Shown piece by piece: positions 9,187-15,002 of a stretch of 64,000 bases of DNA. The stretch is from a virus, in IMG/VR virus record IMGVR_UViG_3300042287_000907; one strand, written 5' to 3'. The notes below the pieces were generated by a model. The model saw only the letters and a program-made list of their open reading frames with translations. It was not told where the DNA came from and ran no database searches. A program made the position numbers and the translations under genes. Every line of letters begins with the position of its first letter. The first letter of the stretch is position 1.

Positions 9187-9216
9187 AGGAATAAACACCC
9201 TGGGGTTTTTGTTTTT
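9182..9216 (+). terminator. Intrinsic terminator (attenuator)
   Basis: ACCCCAGG-9nt loop-CCTGGGGT followed by TTTTGTTTTT. Confidence 0.85.
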
Positions 9217-9228
9217 ATAAAGGAAAAA

Positions 9229-9408
9229 ATGGAACAGATAGATTACAAAAAATTAAATGAACGAGTCGTTGAACAGGCTTATGAAGCTGCTTTTAATCGA
9301 AATGAACTTTCGAAAGAACAACTTCAAAAACTTATTCAAGATAAGTTTGAACGTGCTAGAACATATCACGAATCGTTGGCAAAATTGTCGACGTTTAATG
9401 TAAACTAA
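9229..9408 (+). CDS. Small helical hypothetical protein (59 aa, not in ORF track)
   Basis: AAGGA SD; MEQIDYKKLNERVVEQAYEAAF...FNVN*. Confidence 0.65.
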   Translation: MEQIDYKKLNERVVEQAYEAAFNRNELSKEQLQKLIQDKFERARTYHESLAKLSTFNVN

Positions 9409-9519
9409 TAGCACAAAGTGTGAATATCAGGAAACGAGGTCCTGGCTCCGCACTATAAACACGGAGCGAACGGGCGGCCTGTAGGATGAAACTCTTCTTC
9501 TAGAGCGAAAAATTACAGC

Positions 9520-9578
9520 GTATTAAAGAGCATAGACCTGACCTGGACTGAGATGTCGCAGACTGTGTTCTTTAATAC
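9520..9578 (+). ncRNA. Stem-closed candidate small RNA
   Basis: 16-bp closing stem GTATTAAAGAGCATAG/CTGTGTTCTTTAATAC. Confidence 0.45.
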
Positions 9579-9644
9579 ACACTCTCCTACTCCACTTTAC
9601 AAGGAGGACAGATTGACATAGTCGATGGAGAGTGTTACAAATTT

Positions 9645-9733
9645 GGAGCTTGATCCCTACGGCGGACTGTAAATCCGTTGCCTTAATATGTAGGGTGGCT
9701 GGCAGTTAGGTTCGATTCCTTCAGGCTCCACCA
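9645..9733 (+). tRNA. tRNA-Tyr(GTA), atypical (no D arm)
   Basis: Acceptor GGAGCTT/AGGCTCC-A-CCA; anticodon loop CTGTAAA; TTCGATT T-loop. Confidence 0.65.
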
Positions 9734-9739
9734 AGTTTT

Positions 9740-9815
9740 GCCTCGTTCATATAACGGTCTATTATATCCGCCTGTCTAGCGGAATACAGGGGTTCGACTC
9801 CCCTACGAGGCGCCA
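9740..9815 (+). tRNA. tRNA-Asp(GTC)
   Basis: Cloverleaf; loop CTGTCTA; CCA encoded. Confidence 0.9.
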
Positions 9816-9821
9816 GTTTAT

Positions 9822-9897
9822 TCCCCAGTAGCACAGCGGTAGTTGCACTTGACTGTTAATCAAGGTGTCCGTGGTTCGATCCCACGCTGGGGAGCCA
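9822..9897 (+). tRNA. tRNA-Asn(GTT)
   Basis: Cloverleaf; loop CTGTTAA; CCA. Confidence 0.95.
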
Positions 9898-9905
9898 AGT
9901 TTTAT

Positions 9906-9980
9906 GGACCGTTCGTCTATCGGTTAGGACACTAGGTTTTCATCCTGGTAAGAGGGGTTCGACTCCCCTACGGTCTTCCA
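9906..9980 (+). tRNA. tRNA-Glu(TTC)
   Basis: Cloverleaf; loop TTTTCAT; CCA. Confidence 0.9.
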
Positions 9981-9986
9981 TATAAT

Positions 9987-10060
9987 GCGGGATTAGTTTA
10001 ATGGTCAAACGAAACCTTGCCAAGGTTTAGTCAGGAGTTCGATTCTCCTATCCCGCTCCA
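9987..10060 (+). tRNA. tRNA-Gly(GCC)
   Basis: Cloverleaf; loop TTGCCAA; U73-CCA. Confidence 0.95.
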
Positions 10061-10066
10061 AGTTAT

Positions 10067-10141
10067 ATGCCCTTAGTGTTAACGGCAGCACAACGGTCTC
10101 CAAAACCGCTAGTGGGGGTTCGAATCCCTCAGGGTATGCCA
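10067..10141 (+). tRNA. tRNA-Trp(CCA)
   Basis: Cloverleaf; loop CTCCAAA; G73-CCA. Confidence 0.9.
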
Positions 10142-10217
10142 ATTAGTATTATAAGTAATATGCTCGGCCCGGTAATTGCTATATTATGCTATCGAGCAAT
10201 AATTTAGAGGATATTGC

Positions 10218-10802
10218 ATGAACGACATCATTATACTAGACAATTTCTTACCTAAGTCATATGAAGATGAAATTGAAAAACATTTTTCTTCATTGGAGTT
10301 TCCCTGGTATTATAATCCGGGTGTTTCTTATTCACAAGAAGAGAACGCTAAATTTATTGCTAACGATAGCAATATAAAAGAAACCGACGGCTTCGTACAT
10401 AGATTGATCATAGAAAATGCAAAGGTAAGTGGGTATGGCGATCTAGTTAGGCCTATAATGTATTTTGTAGAAGACAAATTTAAAGTAAAGGTTAATTATA
10501 TCATCAGAGCAAGAGCCGTAATGATTTATAAAAATTCAGTGTTTGGAGAATTTTATAATGTTCCTCATGTTGACGATATGAACAGGCATATGACATTAAT
10601 TTACTATGTCAACGACAGCGATGGAGACACTGTTATCTTCAAAGAGAAATATGTAAATGATATTAGTTACAGTAAAAAGACTGTGGAACGTAGAGTTGAA
10701 CCTAGAAAAGGTAGAGCTGTTTTGTTTGACGGGCACCGTTATCATACAGGATCTGTGCCAAAATACAATAACAGAATGTTAATTAATTTCAATTTCAATT
10801 AA
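10218..10802 (+). CDS. 2OG-Fe(II) oxygenase
   Basis: PHVDD...IYYVNDSDGDT...FDGHRYHTG...RMLINFNF. Confidence 0.85.
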   Translation: MNDIIILDNFLPKSYEDEIEKHFSSLEFPWYYNPGVSYSQEENAKFIANDSNIKETDGFVHRLIIENAKVSGYGDLVRPIMYFVEDKFKVKVNYIIRARAVMIYKNSVFGEFYNVPHVDDMNRHMTLIYYVNDSDGDTVIFKEKYVNDISYSKKTVERRVEPRKGRAVLFDGHRYHTGSVPKYNNRMLINFNFN

Positions 10803-10803
10803 T

Positions 10804-10881
10804 AGTGCGGTGGCAGAGAGGCCCAATGCAAGAGTCTGCAAAACTCTAAAGCCGTGGGTTCAAATCCCACCCGCACTTCCA
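10804..10881 (+). tRNA. tRNA-Cys(GCA)
   Basis: Cloverleaf; loop CTGCAAA; U73-CCA. Confidence 0.9.
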
Positions 10882-10886
10882 ACAAT

Positions 10887-10978
10887 GCCAGCGAGACTTG
10901 GTAGTCAGAGAGGTTTTATAAACCTTTTAGCGCCAGATTAGCGTTCTTGAGAGGGTTCGATTCCCTCCGCTGGTACCA
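10887..10978 (+). tRNA. tRNA-Ile(TAT), atypical with long variable arm
   Basis: Acceptor GCCAGCG/CGCTGGT; loop TTTATAA; V-arm AGCGC/GCGTT; T arm GAGGG/CCCTC. Confidence 0.75.
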
Positions 10979-10982
10979 TTAT

Positions 10983-11060
10983 GTGTCGGTGGCAGAGAGG
11001 CCCATTGCAACGGATTGCAAATCCGTAAAACCGTCAGTTCAAATCTGACCCGACACTCCA
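10983..11060 (+). tRNA. tRNA-Cys(GCA), second copy
   Basis: Cloverleaf; loop TTGCAAA; U73-CCA. Confidence 0.9.
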
Positions 11061-11071
11061 GTAGAGTAAAT

Positions 11072-11665
11072 ATGTCTATGCTACCTGTTTATGAAAAATA
11101 TGCGTTATTGTCTAATAATGAAAAATTATTTTTATTCAATTTCGTATCTGGATTAAAATCAAATTCAATAATTTTAGAAGTAGGAACTTTTCTCGGTGGA
11201 AGTGCTGCTATAATGGCATCTTCTAATCCACAAGTAATCGTTCATACTATAGATGATTATAATGACAGACACGACAGGCATAAGCAATCAGTAAGTCTTA
11301 TGTTGCTAGAGTCTCTAGGTGAGAACCCTAGAACTAAAGAAAATGTAGAATTGTTATTAAAAGATTACAAAAATATATTTTTCCATAAAGGTAAAAGCCC
11401 TGATAATTTTAAAAATTGGGGAACACCGATTGATGTCTATTTCGAAGATGGTCTTCATAGAAATCCTACGTTAGAAAATAATGTAAATTACTGGACAAAA
11501 TTCTTATCAAAAAATGGTTACGTGATATTTCATGATCATCGACCGTTTCTTGAAACAGATCATCCTAGTAGATTTGAAGACGTAATTGATATCGTTCAAA
11601 GATTATCTAGTAATTTTGAGATAATCTCACAAGAAGAATCTTTGATTATTTTACAACAAAAATAA
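11072..11665 (+). CDS. Class I SAM-dependent methyltransferase (Methyltransf_24-like)
   Basis: ILEVGTFLGGSA, FEDGLH and GYVIFHD motifs; start moved to the ATG after tRNA-Cys. Confidence 0.8.
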   Translation: MSMLPVYEKYALLSNNEKLFLFNFVSGLKSNSIILEVGTFLGGSAAIMASSNPQVIVHTIDDYNDRHDRHKQSVSLMLLESLGENPRTKENVELLLKDYKNIFFHKGKSPDNFKNWGTPIDVYFEDGLHRNPTLENNVNYWTKFLSKNGYVIFHDHRPFLETDHPSRFEDVIDIVQRLSSNFEIISQEESLIILQQK

Positions 11666-11672
11666 AATTTAT

Positions 11673-11750
11673 GCCCCTCTAGCCCAATTGGTATGAGGCG
11701 TTTCTCTCAAAAGGAAAATCGTCCCGGTTCGAGTCCGGGGAGGAGTACCA
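11673..11750 (+). tRNA. tRNA-Leu(CAA), short variable loop
   Basis: Anticodon stem TTTCT/GGAAA, loop CTCAAAA; 5-nt variable region; A73-CCA. Confidence 0.75.
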
Positions 11751-11755
11751 AGTTT

Positions 11756-11846
11756 GGATGTAATAGTTGGTACGAGTGGGCATAAATTGCTTGCCCATGA
11801 CATGTTTCGAGCATGAAGGTTGGTTCGATTCCAACAGCATCCATCA
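11756..11846 (+). pseudogene. Degenerate tRNA-like element
   Basis: Acceptor GGATGT/GCATCC, T arm GTTGG-TTCGATT-CCAAC and V hairpin, but 9-nt anticodon loop and TCA end. Confidence 0.55.
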
Positions 11847-11852
11847 AGTTAT

Positions 11853-11942
11853 GGAAGTGTGGCTGAGTCTGGCTTAAGGCAGCAGTCTTGAAAACTGAAG
11901 TTCCGCAAGGGGCCGTGGGTTCGAATCCTACCACTTCCGCCA
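11853..11942 (+). tRNA. tRNA-Ser(TGA)
   Basis: Class II cloverleaf; loop CTTGAAA; G73-CCA. Confidence 0.95.
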
Positions 11943-11948
11943 ATGTAT

Positions 11949-12022
11949 TCCCGGATAGTTAAATGGTATAACAGTCGGCTGATAACCGGCCATTACAAGT
12001 TCGATTCTTGTTCTGGGAACCA
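11949..12022 (+). tRNA. tRNA-Ile(GAT)
   Basis: Cloverleaf; loop CTGATAA. Confidence 0.9.
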
Positions 12023-12073
12023 ATTTTTAAAAAGGAGATCTGTCATGACAAGTGACAAGAGTGATAAGATGTC

Positions 12074-12148
12074 GGGGGTATAACTTAACGGCTAAAGTAG
12101 TAGGCTTTTAACCTATTAATCAGAGTTCGATTCTCTGTGCCCCTACCA
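12074..12148 (+). tRNA. tRNA-Lys(TTT)
   Basis: Cloverleaf; loop CTTTTAA. Confidence 0.9.
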
Positions 12149-12216
12149 TATAAAAACACATTTTTCTGAACGCCAGTCAGTTGCCGTGCAGAGTAAGATT
12201 AGTGTGTTTCTATATG
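12147..12216 (+). ncRNA. Stem-closed candidate small RNA
   Basis: CATATAAAAACACATT/AGTGTGTTTCTATATG, 15 of 16 positions pair; spans the whole Lys-Met spacer. Confidence 0.45.
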
Positions 12217-12290
12217 GTAATGTAGCATAATGGTAGTGCAGCACCTTCATACGGTGTACAGTGAAAGTTCGACTCTTTCCATTACCACCA
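12216..12290 (+). tRNA. tRNA-Met/Ile2(CAT), elongator type
   Basis: Cloverleaf; loop TTCATAC; paired 1:72. Confidence 0.85.
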
Positions 12291-12295
12291 ATTAT

Positions 12296-12371
12296 CTCTC
12301 TAAAGTGTTATCTGGTTGCATCCGCGGTTTGGGGCCGTGTGGTCTAGGTTCGAATCCTAGTAGGGAGACCA
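12296..12371 (+). tRNA. tRNA-Pro(TGG)
   Basis: C1:G72, A73; loop TTTGGGG. Confidence 0.9.
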
Positions 12372-12374
12372 AGT

Positions 12375-12587
12375 TTTGTAAGTGTCAGCAAGTGAAGTCA
12401 CGCTGTTCAGTATTCTTCGAAGGTACTGTGCAGTAGAAGGCAAGCGGGTTCGATGCCTGGCCTATCTGTAATGGATAGGCGATAGATGGAATCCACGCTG
12501 GATGAATCCCAAGTGACGTACCGACTCCCGTCCGGACTTGTATAATCGGGTGAATGGTGCTGATAACGTGGTAGCACTACTTACAAA
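12375..12587 (+). ncRNA. About 210-nt multibranched candidate ncRNA
   Basis: TTTGTAAGT/ACTTACAAA closing stem; TGTCAGCA/TGCTGATA; GTCAC/GTGAC; hairpins capped by TTCG and GTAA. Confidence 0.6.
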
Positions 12588-12597
12588 TTCAATCTGT

Positions 12598-12671
12598 TGG
12601 GGGTTAGTGTAGCGGTAACACTACAGACTTTGACTCTGTCATCACTGGTTCGATCCCAGTACCCTCTGCCA
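12598..12671 (+). tRNA. tRNA-Gln(TTG)
   Basis: Cloverleaf; loop CTTTGAC; G73-CCA. Confidence 0.9.
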
Positions 12672-12675
12672 CAGA

Positions 12676-12760
12676 GTTCCGATCATCGCGGTAAGTGTAG
12701 CCGGCCGCCTATAAGGTCATCGATGATCGTGCCGTCGCGGGTAAGCGGCATCTCGGGAAC
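12676..12760 (+). ncRNA. 85-nt GC-rich structured candidate RNA
   Basis: GTTCC/GGAAC, GATCATCG/CGATGATC and GTGCCG/CGGCAT helices. Confidence 0.5.
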
Positions 12761-12762
12761 AT

Positions 12763-12837
12763 CGGTCCGTAGCTCAGTGGAAGAGTTCTGGTCTTCGAAA
12801 CCAGCTGTCGGGAGTTCGAATCTCTCCGGACCGGCCA
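12763..12837 (+). tRNA. tRNA-Arg(TCG)
   Basis: Cloverleaf; loop CTTCGAA. Confidence 0.9.
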
Positions 12838-12850
12838 TTACAAGGAGATT

Positions 12851-13057
12851 ATGATGAAACCTATGACTTTTAAAAATCGTATGAATAATGAACGTTTTGT
12901 CTGTGATGACGTCCGTGCTGTGGAAGTTATAGACGGAGAAGAATATCTCATAGTTCATCGACCCAATGAACATCGTGTTTTTAAGATGCGAAAAGATGCT
13001 TTGGAAAAAGATACCACTGTAGTGAAAGGGATATCACGAAACTTTGCGAAAGTTTAA
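12851..13057 (+). CDS. Small hypothetical protein (3' end overlaps tRNA-Arg(GCG))
   Basis: AAGGAG SD; ORF track. Confidence 0.6.
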   Translation: MMKPMTFKNRMNNERFVCDDVRAVEVIDGEEYLIVHRPNEHRVFKMRKDALEKDTTVVKGISRNFAKV

Positions 13058-13087
13058 GTTCACGTTCGACTCGTGGCAGTGGTACCA
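13013..13087 (+). tRNA. tRNA-Arg(GCG)
   Basis: ACCACTG/CAGTGGT acceptor; loop TTGCGAA. Confidence 0.85.
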
Positions 13088-13093
13088 AACAAT

Positions 13094-13168
13094 GGAGTCT
13101 GTGATGTAATGGTAGCATCCGAGATTGTGATTCTCGTCGCGTGGGTTCGATTCCCATCATTCTCCCCA
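13094..13168 (+). tRNA. tRNA-His(GTG)
   Basis: G-1:C73; loop TTGTGAT; two acceptor-stem mismatches. Confidence 0.8.
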
Positions 13169-13173
13169 AAAAT

Positions 13174-13249
13174 GCTGCTTTAGCTGATGTGGTCATAGCG
13201 GCGGTCTGAAGAACCGTTGAACCAGGTTCGATTCCTGGAGGCAGCACCA
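13174..13249 (+). tRNA. tRNA-Phe(GAA)
   Basis: Cloverleaf; loop CTGAAGA. Confidence 0.9.
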
Positions 13250-13337
13250 TATAACACTCTAGTGAAAGAACGAGCGTAGCTCTTAGGGCCTAGCCTGCGG
13301 CATTGCGGATTGCGGTGGCTAGTGTGTTTTTATATAT
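13250..13337 (+). ncRNA. Stem-closed candidate small RNA
   Basis: AACACTCTAG/CTAGTGTGTT closing stem flanked by TATA arms; GC-rich interior. Confidence 0.4.
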
Positions 13338-13421
13338 GCGAGTGTGGAGAAATGGTATACTCAGGAGACTTAAAATCTCCCGTCTTAGGGCATGAGGGTT
13401 CGAGTCCCTCCACTCGCACCA
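13338..13421 (+). tRNA. tRNA-Leu(TAA)
   Basis: Class II cloverleaf; loop CTTAAAA. Confidence 0.95.
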
Positions 13422-13446
13422 GAAATTTAGCATTGCTGTGTTAATA

Positions 13447-14082
13447 TTAATCAAAAATTCTAGCAGCTTCTTCAAAGCTACTAATTTGATTTATTGGAAA
13501 TCTTAGACTAAGGCTTAATCTCGAATAATATCCTCGATTATAATACACATTGTGAGGAATGTCTGTCCGAACCAATAAAGGGTGTGTAGCAGTTAGTTCA
13601 CATTGATCAATACAGATTACATCTTCGGTGCAGTAGTTTTTATATGTAATACCACTACCATACAAGTAATCGAACATTGAAGATTTATATGGATTCGGTT
13701 GTAAAATCGGAAAGACTTCACAATTTTTTTTGAACGTCCACCACTTGAATGCAGATTCTGAATCTGTTAATTCAAAATTAATTGCAAACGGAGTTTTTAT
13801 CCATTTATTATTTTCTAAAAAAACATCAGTATGTATATGAGGATCTTCTTTGTGTTTGCTTGGATCACCTACGTGTCCAAAAATTATCATAACATTAGGA
13901 AATACGTTTTTTGATCTAAAAAAATGTTTCGCTTCGTTTGACAGAAAATATCCTGTTTTTAAAGATGTATACAAATATTGTCTTGAGTTTGGATGTTTGT
14001 TAGATTTAGATTGAATGAGCTCGTCGAGAACATTTTCCATTAATGGATTGAATGAAATAGATAGTTGTTTAAAACACTGCAT
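13447..14082 (-). CDS. HxD...H double-stranded beta-helix (2OG-Fe(II)-like) protein
   Basis: HIHTD...FAINF...VRTDIPHNV...RLSLSLRF. Confidence 0.65.
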   Translation of the reverse strand: MQCFKQLSISFNPLMENVLDELIQSKSNKHPNSRQYLYTSLKTGYFLSNEAKHFFRSKNVFPNVMIIFGHVGDPSKHKEDPHIHTDVFLENNKWIKTPFAINFELTDSESAFKWWTFKKNCEVFPILQPNPYKSSMFDYLYGSGITYKNYCTEDVICIDQCELTATHPLLVRTDIPHNVYYNRGYYSRLSLSLRFPINQISSFEEAARIFD

Positions 14083-14104
14083 CTGATATTTATTTCTAAA
14101 ACTC

Positions 14105-14133
14105 TTGACAAGAGACTAAAATTGTCGTATAAT
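14105..14133 (+). promoter_or_regulatory. Sigma70 promoter (second tRNA transcription unit)
   Basis: TTGACA-17nt-TATAAT. Confidence 0.9.
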
Positions 14134-14147
14134 AGTTGTTGTAGTTA

Positions 14148-14231
14148 GCCCCGGTGGTGGAATGGTAGACACGTCGGTCTTAGAAGCCGATGTCGCAAGG
14201 CGTGAGAGTTCGAGTCTCTCCTGGGGCACCA
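14148..14231 (+). tRNA. tRNA-Leu(TAG)
   Basis: Class II cloverleaf; loop CTTAGAA. Confidence 0.95.
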
Positions 14232-14393
14232 TTAAGAAATAGCATTAGCGGGTATCGTCTATGGACGCATAGACTTATGAAGAATAGGGCCATCTTACTC
14301 TTCTGAAATAACCGTGGACAATGGCTGATGAGGAGAATCGAACTCCACTCAGAAATCCGTCTCATCCCATAGGGTGTAATGTTATTTTTTAAT
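14231..14393 (+). ncRNA. About 160-nt stem-closed candidate ncRNA
   Basis: 17-bp closing stem ATTAAGAAATAGCATTA/TAATGTTATTTTTTAAT; internal hairpins GTCTATG/CATAGAC and GGAG/CTCC. Confidence 0.55.
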
Positions 14394-14399
14394 GGTTAT

Positions 14400-14473
14400 G
14401 CCTCGTTAATTTAATGGTAGAATGCCCTCCTTACAAGTGGGATACGGCAGTTCGATTCTGTCACGAGGTACCA
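14400..14473 (+). tRNA. tRNA-Val(TAC)
   Basis: Cloverleaf; loop CTTACAA. Confidence 0.9.
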
Positions 14474-14480
14474 GTAATAC

Positions 14481-14566
14481 GGAAGACTCCCATAATGGTA
14501 TTGGAGCGGCTTGCTAAGCCGTCGATCGGCAACGGTTTCGGGGTTCGAGTCCCCGGTCTTCCGCCA
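14481..14566 (+). tRNA. tRNA-Ser(GCT)
   Basis: Class II cloverleaf; loop TTGCTAA. Confidence 0.9.
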
Positions 14567-14585
14567 AATTTTAAAAAGGAAATAT

Positions 14586-14765
14586 ATGAAACCTACTAAG
14601 AACTACAAGATGTCAAAGCCACTCAAGGCCAGCCTTGCACTGTCAACATTCCAAGATCCACATCAAAAGGGGCAGTGGAAACGTGCTATGATTGACGCTG
14701 AACTATGTGCGGCCATCCAACCTAAACGTGAAAAAGGTCGCAAGCCCGACGCAGTCAAGCAATAA
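14586..14765 (+). CDS. Small basic hypothetical protein
   Basis: AAAGGA SD before ATG 14586; MKPTKNYKMSK... Confidence 0.6.
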   Translation: MKPTKNYKMSKPLKASLALSTFQDPHQKGQWKRAMIDAELCAAIQPKREKGRKPDAVKQ

Positions 14766-14771
14766 AATTCT

Positions 14772-14845
14772 GGGGGATTAGTTAAATGGGATAACATCGG
14801 CTTTGCAAGCCGAGATTGAGAGTTCGATTCTCTCATCCTCCACCA
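14772..14845 (+). tRNA. tRNA-Ala(TGC)
   Basis: G3:U70 pair; loop TTTGCAA. Confidence 0.95.
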
Positions 14846-14862
14846 GAGATATATAGTATTAG

Positions 14863-14936
14863 GCCCTTTTAGTATAATGGTATTACACCTGTTTTGTAAT
14901 CAGGTTACGGCAGTTCGATTCTGTCAAGGGGCACCA
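14863..14936 (+). tRNA. tRNA-Thr(TGT)
   Basis: Cloverleaf; loop TTTGTAA. Confidence 0.9.
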
Positions 14937-14952
14937 ATTTTACCAAAAAGTA

Positions 14953-14981
14953 TTGACAAACACAGTAAAGAATGTTATACT
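14953..14981 (+). promoter_or_regulatory. Sigma70 promoter
   Basis: TTGACA-17nt-TATACT. Confidence 0.85.
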
Positions 14982-15002
14982 TGTTTTGTTGCGTTAGAAA
15001 TA

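Noticed and set aside
11673-11750. Opal (TCA) suppressor reading of this tRNA
   Set aside because: The 5-bp stem TTTCT/GGAAA fixes the 7-nt loop CTCAAAA, giving anticodon CAA.
12676-12760. HDV-like (theta) or twister ribozyme assignment
   Set aside because: I could not place the required P1/P1.1/P3/J4-2 or twister core elements; kept only as an unassigned structured RNA.
14325-14355. Hammerhead ribozyme core (CTGATGA...GAAA)
   Set aside because: Five extra nucleotides (ACTCA) separate stem II from GAAA, and they pair with the CTGA/TGAG segment to form a plain hairpin; no convincing stems I and III.
11707-14599. ORF-track entries overlapping tRNAs (11707, 12230, 12597, 12683, 12981, 13290, 14180, 14414)
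   Set aside because: They are translations of tRNA or ncRNA sequence (GFEP/GIEP antisense signatures) without SD sites.
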